Shown: piece after piece, positions 7,616-16,926 of the stretch
How positions within the stretch are numbered: position 1 is the stretch's first letter
How the letters are laid out: each line of letters begins with the position of its first letter
Assembly: GCA_944381515.1 (NCBI GenBank)
Contig: CALWLM010000118.1
Location: forward strand, 37,137-101,136
Origin: an uncultured Lachnospiraceae bacterium
GTDB taxonomy: Bacteria; Bacillota; Clostridia; Lachnospirales; Lachnospiraceae
Length of the DNA stretch: 64,000 bases
Direction: 5' to 3'
Notes under the pieces: model-generated
What the model was told of the DNA's origin: nothing
Seen by the model: only the letters and a program-made list of their open reading frames with translations
Database searches by the model: none
Position numbers and translations under genes: made by a program

Positions 7616-9437
7616 ATTTTCCCTCCAATGCCCACCGGATGGCGTGACATACGAAACCGGCGCAGGTGGCAAAGGCCTCTCCTGTAGTGCAGACGCCGGT
7701 ATTCTCATCGATGCTTTCGCAGACGATGCCATTGTCCATAGGGGCTTTTTTTAGTATATCCAGAGACTGCCCGGTTCTGCCGCAGAGCAGGCTGTTGGCT
7801 ACGGAGAGCAGCCACGGATGCGGCGCGTGGGGGCAGCCGATCTCGGCGATGGGACAGCCGGCAAAACTGTAGGGATAATCGGCAGAGCGAATCCGGCGCA
7901 CCGTATTTATATAGGTCTCATCCCGTGCGCTGCAAAAGCCGAGATAGGGAAGCAGCTGCAGGCTTCCCGGAGGTTCGTCGTATACGTCGTGACGGCCTTC
8001 CAGATCCACTGACCAGGCAAAGTAGGGCCCTTCCGGACCATTTTGGACGCAGTGGGTATAAATGGCTTCCTTTACATGGGCTGCGGCGCTCAGAAATTCC
8101 GCGCGGCGGCTTTCGTCTGCGGTGAGAGAGGCCGCTGTGGTATAGGCCAGCCAGACCAGCACATTGTCATAAGTCAGGTAAGGATAGACATGTTCGTCGT
8201 CCGTAGGCTGGAGAAAGGTGGAGTACAGCCAGATATCGGGATGCCTGCGGCTTTCAAGCTTGTGCCAGATTTCTGCCAGCCCTTTCTGCACATCCGCTTC
8301 CTTTAAAAGACTGCGGTCTGCGGTGGATTCTATGTAGCGGCCCAGCGCAATGACGGGGGCCATGAGTTCGTCCAGCTCAAAGCCGGGCTCCAGAACCGTA
8401 CCATCGATATAACGGGAATGTATGCCGATGTTGCGGCGCTGGCGGCCAAAAACATAGGAGAGCATCTGGCGCGCCAGATGAGGGTCTGCGTCTAAGACGG
8501 CGGGAAAGCTCCAAAAGAGACTGTCTCTGTCCCAGTAGGCGGCGCTGACATAATAGCGGGTGCTGCGGCTGGTGACCAGAACAAGCTCTTCTGTATCCAG
8601 GGTGATTCCCGTGGAAAAGTAGATACAGAAATACAGGTTGGTGTGATAAATCCTTCGCAGCTGGGGATCGTCGATTTTAAGGGACATTTTTTGGAGGGCT
8701 GCGAGGGTTTTTACCTCCTGAACGGCGTATCCCTGCCGCAGCATCTCTTTGGCGCTGGTGGCCGCAGCCACCTCCTCAAAGCCAAAACCCCAGTAGATAA
8801 CAGTCTCCCGGCATTCTCCCGGTTCCAGCTGGGCAGAGTGTGAGAGCTGGTAGGAAAACCCCGGCTCTGAGAGCTGCGGATTGGAGGGGCCGGGGGCGCC
8901 GGCTTGAAAGAAGGACTGGCAGTCCGGGTCGCTGGACATGGGGGCAAAGGCAAACAGAGGAGTGCCGCAGCGCATATCAAAGATCAGACTGCTGTTCCAG
9001 AGGCTGGGATAGCAGTGCATGGTTCCTTCGATTTTTTTATCCTCATTGACGCAGTGCCAGGCAGATTCCCAGTACCCGTACAGGCCGTAGTCCACGAGGC
9101 AGGATGAAGAGCCATGATTGCAGAGCACCATGCGATAGGCAAAGCCCCTTTCTCCTGTGGGAGGTAAAATCGTGCCTTCCAGGGAGACCTTGCCGGCCCT
9201 GCCGGTAAAGCGGGGAATCCAGAAGTCCAGCCTCTCCCAGCGCAGATCGGTCAGAGGCAGCTCCTCTCCTTCTGCTTTGACAAAGGGGGCTATGAGAGGC
9301 GTGGCTTCACTGCCCCGGATTTCAATCAGACCCCTGGAGGCCATATGCAAAAAAGTGATATCTTCAATTCCCGCGGTTTGTTCATTTAATTTCGGGATAG
9401 AGATCATTTCATTTCCAGTGGGAAGGTATTTGTTCAT
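7605..9437 (-). CDS. putative cytoplasmic glycoside hydrolase, family not assignable by eye (possibly six-hairpin/(alpha/alpha)6 type)
   Basis: A 610-aa soluble protein with no signal peptide. It is translationally coupled to the GH65 gene by an 11-nt overlap. It sits in a carbohydrate locus. An aromatic/acidic-rich C-terminal half is compatible with a glycosidase fold. RBS GGAGGTG. Confidence 0.4.
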   Translation of the reverse strand: MNKYLPTGNEMISIPKLNEQTAGIEDITFLHMASRGLIEIRGSEATPLIAPFVKAEGEELPLTDLRWERLDFWIPRFTGRAGKVSLEGTILPPTGERGFAYRMVLCNHGSSSCLVDYGLYGYWESAWHCVNEDKKIEGTMHCYPSLWNSSLIFDMRCGTPLFAFAPMSSDPDCQSFFQAGAPGPSNPQLSEPGFSYQLSHSAQLEPGECRETVIYWGFGFEEVAAATSAKEMLRQGYAVQEVKTLAALQKMSLKIDDPQLRRIYHTNLYFCIYFSTGITLDTEELVLVTSRSTRYYVSAAYWDRDSLFWSFPAVLDADPHLARQMLSYVFGRQRRNIGIHSRYIDGTVLEPGFELDELMAPVIALGRYIESTADRSLLKEADVQKGLAEIWHKLESRRHPDIWLYSTFLQPTDDEHVYPYLTYDNVLVWLAYTTAASLTADESRRAEFLSAAAHVKEAIYTHCVQNGPEGPYFAWSVDLEGRHDVYDEPPGSLQLLPYLGFCSARDETYINTVRRIRSADYPYSFAGCPIAEIGCPHAPHPWLLSVANSLLCGRTGQSLDILKKAPMDNGIVCESIDENTGVCTTGEAFATCAGFVCHAIRWALEGKYEK

Positions 9438-9540
9438 CCGCGCACCTCCGAACGTATTTTAGTATTTAGTAGGATATTAGTAGGAACAAAGACAAAGAAT
9501 TTTATTTATCACAGTTTGTCACAGGATTCAATACAGGATG

Positions 9541-9554
9541 TTTAAGCGATTAAA
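9541..9554. promoter_or_regulatory. candidate LacI-family operator, copy 1 (TTTAAGCGATTAAA)
   Basis: A 14-bp near-palindrome with a central CG (half-sites TTTAAGC / TTTAATC). It is located in the 5' region of the divergent minus-strand GH operon. Confidence 0.45.
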
Positions 9555-9627
9555 TCATTATATATTAAAGTTTAACAAAAATACTGCGGTTGTCAATAAC
9601 TTTTTAGTAAAAACAATGAAAAAAATC

Positions 9628-9656
9628 TTGACATATCCCAGAGTATAGGCTATTAT
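9628..9656 (+). promoter_or_regulatory. sigma-A type promoter for the LacI-family regulator gene
   Basis: TTGACA - 17 nt - TATTAT, ~150 nt upstream of the ATG at 9804. Confidence 0.5.
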
Positions 9657-9671
9657 GTAGGTGAAGCTGAA

Positions 9672-9685
9672 TTTAAGCGATTAAA
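9672..9685. promoter_or_regulatory. candidate LacI-family operator, copy 2 (identical TTTAAGCGATTAAA)
   Basis: An exact second copy of the 14-mer, 16 nt downstream of the -10 of the 9628-9656 promoter. This is a typical repressor roadblock position. Confidence 0.45.
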
Positions 9686-9803
9686 CAAACCGGCAGTAAA
9701 ACGACAATAAGTAAACGGCAGCGAAGCGCCGGAGAGGAGACAATATAACTTTACTTTCAAATTAATTCAGCCTAAATCCGGGAGATGAAGAGAGGAAAGA
9801 TAA

Positions 9804-10817
9804 ATGAAAACGACATTGAAAGATGTGGCCCAGCGCGCCGGAGTATCTCCCGCTACGGTGTCCTATGTGCTGAATGGAAAACGCACCATATCCGAGAGCA
9901 CCAGACAGCGGGTCATGGACGCGGTCAGAGAACTGGACTATGTGCCGGATCTGAACGCGAGAGGGCTGAGCATGAGAGATTCCAAGCTGATCGGCGTCGT
10001 GGTGCCTCAGACAGAGCCGGGGGACCGCCTGATGTTCCAGAACAGCTTTTACAGTGAAGTGCTGGGGAGCATTGAGTATTATGCCCGCCAGGAAGGGTAT
10101 CACATTTTGATTTCGGCAACAGACGCCAATGAAAGCTATCTGACTTTGGCCAAGCAGCGCAATCTGGACGGGATCATCGTCATCGGGATGTATCCCAGTG
10201 ATTTTTACCGTCAGATGAAAAAGACGCAGATTCCCATCGTGCTGGTGGACAGCTACTGCAACGACTATTATTATCACAATGTGCGTATCGACGACGCCTA
10301 TGGGAGCTATCTGGCCACCCAGTACCTGCTGCGGTGCGGCCATCGGTCCATTGCCTTTTTCGTGGGGCAGATGTGTGAGAACGGAGTCATGAAGAAACGC
10401 CTGGTCGGTTATCAGAGGGCTCTTGAGGAATTTTCCGTAGATTACCGCGAGGAGTACGTTTTTGAGGGACAGATTGATTATGAGAACGGCGTGCTGTTAT
10501 CCCGCAAGCTTTTGGACTCCGGTCTTCCTGCGACGGCGGTGGTAGCGGCGGCGGATATTCTGGCCATTGGAGCGATGAAAGGCTTTTATGAAGCGGGAGT
10601 GAAGATTCCGGAGGATATTTCAATTATTGGTTTTGATGATCTGGAGATTTCACAGTATCTGACGCCGGGACTTACTACGGTACGTCAGCAGATTTCCCTG
10701 AAGGGGCAAAAGGCGGTGGAGCTTCTGCTGCGGCATATTGCAGAGCCGAATCTGACTAAGCAGGAGGTGATTCTCCCCCTTCAGCTGATCGAGAGGGGAT
10801 CTGTGCGCAAACTCTGA
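9804..10817 (+). CDS. LacI-family transcriptional regulator
   Basis: N-terminal HTH (LKDVAQRAGVSPATVSYVLNG) and a periplasmic-binding-protein-like sugar-binding core. Confidence 0.9.
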   Translation: MKTTLKDVAQRAGVSPATVSYVLNGKRTISESTRQRVMDAVRELDYVPDLNARGLSMRDSKLIGVVVPQTEPGDRLMFQNSFYSEVLGSIEYYARQEGYHILISATDANESYLTLAKQRNLDGIIVIGMYPSDFYRQMKKTQIPIVLVDSYCNDYYYHNVRIDDAYGSYLATQYLLRCGHRSIAFFVGQMCENGVMKKRLVGYQRALEEFSVDYREEYVFEGQIDYENGVLLSRKLLDSGLPATAVVAAADILAIGAMKGFYEAGVKIPEDISIIGFDDLEISQYLTPGLTTVRQQISLKGQKAVELLLRHIAEPNLTKQEVILPLQLIERGSVRKL

Positions 10818-11004
10818 TACCAGAACGCATTCCTTACGGCCGTCCGGCGGGGAGTGCGGCTGATATAACGCAAAAAAGCCTGCACGGGCTCGGTTAAAAC
10901 ACGTGCAAGCTTTGAGCGAAGCAAGTCTTACAAGGCTGTTTTCGCTGAACCTATTGTAAGCGAAAAGGGCCGAAAAAGCAACAAAAATTTAAGGAGGGAA
11001 AGAC

Positions 11005-12333
11005 ATGAGACGCAACAAAAACCTTATTTCGCTGATTGCCTGCCTGATGATTTTAATCATGGCATTGTCGGCCTGCACCGCTTCGGCTACGTCCGAGAGC
11101 ACAGCGCCTGCGCCGCAGGAGACCGAAGGCCAGGCGGATGCAACAGAGGCTCCTGCTTCCGAACCGTCCGCAGAGGAGCCGGTGACGATTACGTACTGCA
11201 ATTTTAATGCTTCCGGCGGCAATGAAGAGACGCTTCAGAAAATGTATGAGGCCTTCCACGAGGAATATCCCAATATTACGGTGGAGATTGAGACCATCGG
11301 CTTTGACGATTATTTTACTCAGATGCAGACGAGAGTTGCCGGCGGCACGGCGCCTGACTGCTACGAGTTAAATATTGAGAATTTTGCGGCTTATGCGTCA
11401 AGGGGCGTGCTGGCGGAAATCACGGGAGTGGAATTGAGCGGTATTGATGAGACGGCTCTCAATGCCTTCAATGTGGACGGCAAGCAGTATGGCCTGCCCG
11501 GCAATTTCTCCAATGTGGTGCTGTTTTACAATAAGGATTTGTTCGATCAGGCCGGCATCGATTATCCCACCGCCGACTGGACGCAGGAGGATGTACAGGC
11601 GGCAGCGGAGGCGATCCGTGCTTTGGGAGAGGATATTTACGGTTATTATCAGCCGATTACCTACAATGAGTTTTACAAGGTGGCGGCTCAGTACGGCGGC
11701 AGTCTCTTAAATGAAGACAGAACGGCCTTTACCATCAATTCGCCGGAGAATCTGGAAGCCGCGCAGATGATGGTGGACCGTGTGCTGGTCAGCAATGTAC
11801 AGCCCACCGACGTGCAGATGGGCGGTATGGGCGACTGGGACCTGTTTATGAGCGGACGTCTGGGAATGATGCCTACCGGTATCTGGGCCTTTAATACCTT
11901 TGCCGAGGGCTGCGATTTTGAATGGGACGTGGTAGTAGAGCCCGGCGCCGATCAGAAGGCCACTGCCTTCTTCTCTAATGCCTGCGTAATCAATGCGGAA
12001 AGCGAGCACAAGGAAGCGGCGGCTACATGGATTACCTGGCTGACCTCCAGCGAAGCGGCGGCAGCTCTTAGAATCGAAGCCGGCTGGGATCTGCCTGCGG
12101 TGAACGATGAGGAAGTGCTGGCTCCTTATCTGAATATCACACCTCCGCAAAACCGTCAGGCTGTGTTTGACTCCTTGGATTATCTGATTCTGCCTCCGGT
12201 CATCGAGGATTACAGCATGATGAGCGATATTATCGGACAGAAGCTGTCTGCGGCGGCGAGCGGCTCCATGACAGTGCAGGAAGCTTTGGATGAGGCGCAA
12301 AGCGAATGTGAAGCGCAGATTCCTCTTTCTTAA
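11005..12333 (+). CDS. ABC transporter sugar-binding lipoprotein (family 1 extracellular solute-binding protein)
   Basis: Signal peptide with lipobox LSAC, 442 aa, RBS AAGGAGGG. It is followed by two permease genes. Confidence 0.85.
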   Translation: MRRNKNLISLIACLMILIMALSACTASATSESTAPAPQETEGQADATEAPASEPSAEEPVTITYCNFNASGGNEETLQKMYEAFHEEYPNITVEIETIGFDDYFTQMQTRVAGGTAPDCYELNIENFAAYASRGVLAEITGVELSGIDETALNAFNVDGKQYGLPGNFSNVVLFYNKDLFDQAGIDYPTADWTQEDVQAAAEAIRALGEDIYGYYQPITYNEFYKVAAQYGGSLLNEDRTAFTINSPENLEAAQMMVDRVLVSNVQPTDVQMGGMGDWDLFMSGRLGMMPTGIWAFNTFAEGCDFEWDVVVEPGADQKATAFFSNACVINAESEHKEAAATWITWLTSSEAAAALRIEAGWDLPAVNDEEVLAPYLNITPPQNRQAVFDSLDYLILPPVIEDYSMMSDIIGQKLSAAASGSMTVQEALDEAQSECEAQIPLS

Positions 12334-12360
12334 TAAGGACATGTAAAAAGACATGCAAAG

Positions 12361-12388
12361 GGGAGGACAAAGAGTTCCTCCCCTTTTT
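12361..12388 (+). terminator. intra-operon hairpin (partial terminator/attenuator) between binding-protein and permease genes
   Basis: GGGAGGA-caaagagt-TCCTCCC followed by CTTTTT. This is the usual arrangement that gives excess binding-protein transcript in ABC operons. Confidence 0.45.
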
Positions 12389-12414
12389 CAAGGATAGTGG
12401 AAGGAGATTACCCG

Positions 12415-13344
12415 ATGGCGTCCAAAACAAAAAGGCTTAAATTCAGACGATCTCAGGAAGGCCTCTTACATGCGTTCCCCTTCCTGCTGCCGAGTCTTCT
12501 GGGGCTGCTTGTATTTTCTGCATTGCCGTTAATCATCTCGGCCTTTATCAGCCTGACGGACTGGAACGGACTGGACCAGCTCCTGGAGCCAGGGATGTTC
12601 GAGGAACATTTCGTCGGACTTGACAACTACAGGAATATATTTGCCAGCAAGGAGTTCTGGCAGGTTTTAAAAAACACCTGCTATTATATTGTGCTGTATA
12701 TTCCTTTGATGCTGATTACCTCGCTGGCGGTCGCGCAGCTTTTGGCAAAGAAAAGGCGCGGTGTGACGGTCTTTCGGGTGATCTACTATATTCCGGTTCT
12801 CACTTCCTGGGTGGCGGCCTCCCTTATCTGGAAGAGCGTATTGTCTCCAGAGTACGGAGCTCTCAATAATCTGCTGGCCTTATTCGGCATAGAGGGACCG
12901 GGCTGGCTTCTGGACGAGACCTGGGCGATGCCGGCTATCGTGCTGGTGTCCGTGTGGAAAGACATGGGATTTTTTGGCCTGATTCTACTGTCCGGCATGG
13001 TGAGTATCAATCCCAGCTACTATGAGGCGGCCTCCCTGGACGGGGCGGGAGCCTGGTCAAAATTCTTCCGGATTACGCTTCCTTTAATGTCTCCGGTAAT
13101 CTTTTATGTATTGATTGTCAGCCTGATTAACGCATTCCAGCTGTTTCCGCAGATTATGATCATGACGGACGGCGGACCCAACGGGGCCACCCAGGTTATG
13201 GTGGAGCGAATCTATAAATACGGTTTCCGCTATTATCGGATGGGCTATGCCGCTGCGTTCTCCTGGATACTCTTTGTCATTATTATGATCTGCACCTTCA
13301 TACAGATGAAGTGCCAGAAAAGGTGGGTGAATTATGACTCGTAA
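12415..13344 (+). CDS. sugar ABC transporter permease (MalF/UgpA-type)
   Basis: Six TM segments and an EAA-like loop (EAASLDGAGAW). I chose the start at the ATG at 12415, 7 nt after GGAGA. Confidence 0.85.
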   Translation: MASKTKRLKFRRSQEGLLHAFPFLLPSLLGLLVFSALPLIISAFISLTDWNGLDQLLEPGMFEEHFVGLDNYRNIFASKEFWQVLKNTCYYIVLYIPLMLITSLAVAQLLAKKRRGVTVFRVIYYIPVLTSWVAASLIWKSVLSPEYGALNNLLALFGIEGPGWLLDETWAMPAIVLVSVWKDMGFFGLILLSGMVSINPSYYEAASLDGAGAWSKFFRITLPLMSPVIFYVLIVSLINAFQLFPQIMIMTDGGPNGATQVMVERIYKYGFRYYRMGYAAAFSWILFVIIMICTFIQMKCQKRWVNYDS

Positions 13345-14161
13345 GCGTAAAGGACAGACCCTGTTATATTATACGGTGGCCATTTTGGTGGCGGTCATTG
13401 CCTTGGTCCCCTTTGCCTGGATGGTTTCGACTTCGTTTAAAAGCAGAGGTGCTCTGATGTCGATTCCCATCGAGTGGATTCCCGAAGAACCTACGCTGGA
13501 TGCTTACCGTACCGTTTTTGAGAGATTTCCCTTTTTGCGCACCGTGGGCAACAGCCTGTTTATCTCCGTGACTTATACGGCAATCACCCTTATTTCGGCT
13601 TCCATGGCGGCCTATGCCTTTGCCAAGATCCGTTTTCGCGGGTCGGGGATTTTGCTGGGCGTCTATCTGGCTACCATGATGATTCCTACCCAGGTGACGA
13701 TGATTCCCCTCTTTGTGGTGATGAATCAGCTGGGACTGATTAATCATTACAGCAGCGTGATTCTCCCGTCGATTTTCCGTCCCTTTGCCGTCTTTATGCT
13801 GGTGCAGCAGATGCGGACCATACCGGGAGATTATCTGGACGCCGCGCGGGTGGACGGGGCCTCTGCTTTTCGGATTTACCGCCAGGTGATGCTGCCTTTA
13901 TGCGCTCCTACGCTGGCAACCCTGGCTGTTACCACCTTTATGGAGTCCTGGAACGATTATCTGTGGCCGCTCCTGATGCTGACGGACCGGTCCAAGATGA
14001 CGCTTCCTATCGCTTTGTCCACTCTCAACGGCCAATACAACACCGAGTACAATGTTTTGATGGCAGGCAGTCTGATTTCCATGATTCCCATTGTCCTGAT
14101 CTATATTTTTGCGCAGAAATATTTTCAGAACGGAATAATGGCCGGCGGCATTAAAGGGTAG
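13334..14161 (+). CDS. sugar ABC transporter permease (MalG/UgpE-type)
   Basis: Overlaps the previous gene by 11 nt. Has an EAA loop (DAARVDGASAFRIYRQVMLPL). Confidence 0.85.
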   Translation: MTRKRKGQTLLYYTVAILVAVIALVPFAWMVSTSFKSRGALMSIPIEWIPEEPTLDAYRTVFERFPFLRTVGNSLFISVTYTAITLISASMAAYAFAKIRFRGSGILLGVYLATMMIPTQVTMIPLFVVMNQLGLINHYSSVILPSIFRPFAVFMLVQQMRTIPGDYLDAARVDGASAFRIYRQVMLPLCAPTLATLAVTTFMESWNDYLWPLLMLTDRSKMTLPIALSTLNGQYNTEYNVLMAGSLISMIPIVLIYIFAQKYFQNGIMAGGIKG

Positions 14162-14172
14162 AGGAGCAGGAA

Positions 14173-16164
14173 ATGAAAAGAATACTTTTATCGGAAGCGG
14201 ACCGCAAGCTGCAATGGGAGTATAACAGAGGAACGGCTCTCCTGGACTGGCAGGGGGGAAAGGAGCAGGGAATTTTGCAGATTTACCTCTCCTACCGGGG
14301 AGCGTACGGCATGGGCGAGCGATATAACGCCCTGAATCAGAAGGGACGAACTGTCCTTAATCAGGTGGAGGAGAAATTCTGTTTTCAGGGAGAAAAGACC
14401 TATTGTCCGGCTCCATTTTTCTGGACGGACAGCGGTTTTGGACTGTACGCCGATACAGAGGAGACAACACAGTTTTGCTTTGAGGAGGACAGAATACAAG
14501 TACAGCTGCCTGCGGGAAGCGAAGTGGTTTTGTTTAAGGGGACGCCGGCCAAGATAATCCGGGACTATATGAGTCTTTTTGGACAGCCCCATATCCCGCC
14601 GGTCTGGGCGTTTGGACCATGGATCTCCGCCAACCACTGGGACAGTCAGGCCAAGGTGGAAAAGGCCGCCGCCGAGGCGGCCCAATACGGATATCCTGTA
14701 TCGGCTCTGGTAATAGAGGCGTGGAGCGATGAGGCGACCTTCTATATCTTTCGCGGAGCCAAATACAGCCCCCGTCCCGATGGCGGCCTCCTGAAAACAG
14801 AGGATTTTGATTTCAGCCAGAGTCCCTGGCCTGATCCGGCCGCCATGATCGAGAGACTGCACCGGCAGGGGATTCATGTTCTGCTGTGGCAGATTCCGGT
14901 TTATAAGCGTCTGGGGGACGAGGAAGAGCCCAACAGGCAGAATGAACTGGACAGGGAGGACGCTGTGAAGCGGGGCCTGTGCGTGAGCTGCCGGGACGGC
15001 AGTCCTTATACCATACCAAAGGGGAATTGGTTTGCCGGTTCCATGATTCCGGACTTCACCAATCCGGATACGGAAAGGACCTGGTTTGCCAAGAGGGATT
15101 ATCTGACGGAGCTGGGGGTGGATGGATTTAAGACCGACGGAGGAGAGTTTATCTACCGGGAGGATGTGGTCTTTCATGACGGTACGGAGGGGCGAAGCGG
15201 AAAAAACCGGTATGCCCAGGAATATACGGCGGCCTATACCCGCCATCTGCGGGAGGGGCAGATTTTGTTCAGCCGGGCCGGATTCTCCGGGCAGCATACC
15301 ACTCCCATGCACTGGGGCGGTGACCAGCAGTCGCAGAATGGAGAGCTTAAGAGCGTGCTGACTGCCGGGCTGTCGGCGGCTCTGACCGGGATTTCCTTCT
15401 GGGGTTTTGATATCGCCGGCTTTGCAGGCCCTCTTCCGACGCTGGACTTGTATCGGAGAGCGACGCAGCTGGCCTGTTTCTGCCCGGTGATGCAGTGGTA
15501 TTCGGAGCCGGACGGCGGCCAGTTTAAGCTTTTGATGCCGGGAGGAGAGGGAAATAATGAGCGGAGCCCCTGGAATCTGGCGGCCGCCTGGGGAGAGCCG
15601 GGATTTATCGAGGAGATGGCTTTCTGGCACAGACTCAGGAGAAATCTTCTGCCCTATCTGTGGAACGCTGCCCGGCTGACAGGCGAAGGGGGCAGACCTA
15701 TGATGTGTCCGCTGGTATACGACTGGCCGGAGGATGAGCAGGCCCTGGCCTGTGAGGACGAATTTTTGCTGGGAGAGAGCCTGTTAGTGGCGCCTCTTCT
15801 GGAGGAAAATGCCTTTGAGAGAGAGGTATATCTGCCGGAGGGAGAGTGGATCGGTCTGTTTGACCGGCGCCGGGTCTGCGGCGGCCGGAGGATTATGGCC
15901 GGCGGCGCGGGGCGGCTCCCTGTTTTTCTGCGCTGCGGATATGGCGTGGCGCTGCATTTGGGAAAGGAACGGTCTCTTGGAACGGCTGTGAAGGAGGGAG
16001 AAGAGCGTCTTCATTTTATTCTGGCCGGAGCTGAGGGAAAGGCCGTTTTTGCAGGTATGAAGGAGAAGGGAGAGGCGTCCATGTGGACGCTGGAGTGGAG
16101 CGGCGGAGCCGCACAGGTGAGGGGAGGAGACGCAAGCGCCTTTACCTGGGAAATATGGGAGTGA
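14173..16164 (+). CDS. glycoside hydrolase family 31 alpha-glucosidase/alpha-xylosidase-like enzyme
   Basis: YicI-like catalytic region (GVDGFKTDGGEF...MHWGGDQQS). 663 aa with no signal peptide. Confidence 0.8.
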   Translation: MKRILLSEADRKLQWEYNRGTALLDWQGGKEQGILQIYLSYRGAYGMGERYNALNQKGRTVLNQVEEKFCFQGEKTYCPAPFFWTDSGFGLYADTEETTQFCFEEDRIQVQLPAGSEVVLFKGTPAKIIRDYMSLFGQPHIPPVWAFGPWISANHWDSQAKVEKAAAEAAQYGYPVSALVIEAWSDEATFYIFRGAKYSPRPDGGLLKTEDFDFSQSPWPDPAAMIERLHRQGIHVLLWQIPVYKRLGDEEEPNRQNELDREDAVKRGLCVSCRDGSPYTIPKGNWFAGSMIPDFTNPDTERTWFAKRDYLTELGVDGFKTDGGEFIYREDVVFHDGTEGRSGKNRYAQEYTAAYTRHLREGQILFSRAGFSGQHTTPMHWGGDQQSQNGELKSVLTAGLSAALTGISFWGFDIAGFAGPLPTLDLYRRATQLACFCPVMQWYSEPDGGQFKLLMPGGEGNNERSPWNLAAAWGEPGFIEEMAFWHRLRRNLLPYLWNAARLTGEGGRPMMCPLVYDWPEDEQALACEDEFLLGESLLVAPLLEENAFEREVYLPEGEWIGLFDRRRVCGGRRIMAGGAGRLPVFLRCGYGVALHLGKERSLGTAVKEGEERLHFILAGAEGKAVFAGMKEKGEASMWTLEWSGGAAQVRGGDASAFTWEIWE

Positions 16165-16174
16165 GATTGCAAAA

Positions 16175-16912
16175 ATGGATTCAGACAGAAAAATAAAATC
16201 GGATACAGGCTGGGCTGACGGGACCGAAGCGAAGTCTTCCCGCCAGCCTTCCTGCAACAGTCTGGCGAAATCCTGCGCCGGGATAAGAGCGGTGATATTT
16301 GATCTGGACGGCGTGATCTGCCATACAGACGAATACCATTATCAGGCGTGGCTGGCCGTGGCCAGACGTCTGGGCATCCCTTTTGACCGCAGGATCAACA
16401 GCCGCCTGCGGGGCGTAAGCCGTATGGAAAGTCTGAACATCATACTGGGAGAGGCTGGACGCCATTATACAGAAGAAGAAAAACAGCGGCTGGCCGAAGA
16501 GAAGAACCGGATTTATCGGGAAATGTTAGGCCGGATGACGCCGGAGGATTTGAGCGGTGATGTGAAGTCGGCCTTAAACGGCCTCCGGCTGAAAGGTATC
16601 GGGCTGGCCGTGGGCTCCTCCAGCAGAAACACCAGCTTTATTCTGGAACGTCTGGGACTGTCGGACTATTTCGACGCAGTGGCGGACGGGACTCAAATCA
16701 CCCGTTCCAAGCCGGACCCGGAGGTGTTTTTGCTGGCGGCGGACAAGCTGGGGGTCCAGCCGGCTCGCGCCCTGGTGGTGGAGGATGCCGCCGCGGGAAT
16801 AGAGGCTGCCCGTGCGGGAGGCTTTCCTTCGGCAGCCATAGGCGAGGCGGCCTCCCGCATGGGTGCGGACTATGTTCTTGAGAAGATTTCCGATGTATTA
16901 AAGCTGGTATAG
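16175..16912 (+). CDS. pgmB: beta-phosphoglucomutase (HAD superfamily)
   Basis: VIFDLDGVICHTDEYHYQAWL... HAD motif I with the beta-PGM cap. This is the usual partner of GH65 phosphorylases. There is an unusual ~35-aa N-terminal extension if the ATG at 16175 is used; an in-frame GTG near 16292 is an alternative start. Confidence 0.8.
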   Translation: MDSDRKIKSDTGWADGTEAKSSRQPSCNSLAKSCAGIRAVIFDLDGVICHTDEYHYQAWLAVARRLGIPFDRRINSRLRGVSRMESLNIILGEAGRHYTEEEKQRLAEEKNRIYREMLGRMTPEDLSGDVKSALNGLRLKGIGLAVGSSSRNTSFILERLGLSDYFDAVADGTQITRSKPDPEVFLLAADKLGVQPARALVVEDAAAGIEAARAGGFPSAAIGEAASRMGADYVLEKISDVLKLV

Positions 16913-16926
16913 TTTCCGTTTCGTTA

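Noticed and set aside
5456-7732. Longer 758-aa version of the GH65 gene (track start)
   Set aside because: The extra 39 codons overlap the upstream gene by ~125 nt and lack an RBS. The ATG at 7615 has a GGAGGG RBS and gives the conserved GH65 N-terminus.
9541-9554. CcpA cre site
   Set aside because: TTTAAGCGATTAAA lacks the conserved G at position 2 and C at position 13 of TGWAANCGNTNWCA. Its exact duplication next to a LacI-family gene argues for a local operator.
14188-15630. 480-aa minus-strand ORF
   Set aside because: It is antisense to the GH31 gene, which has clear family motifs. Its translation is compositionally biased (Pro/Arg/Gly) and it has no start context.
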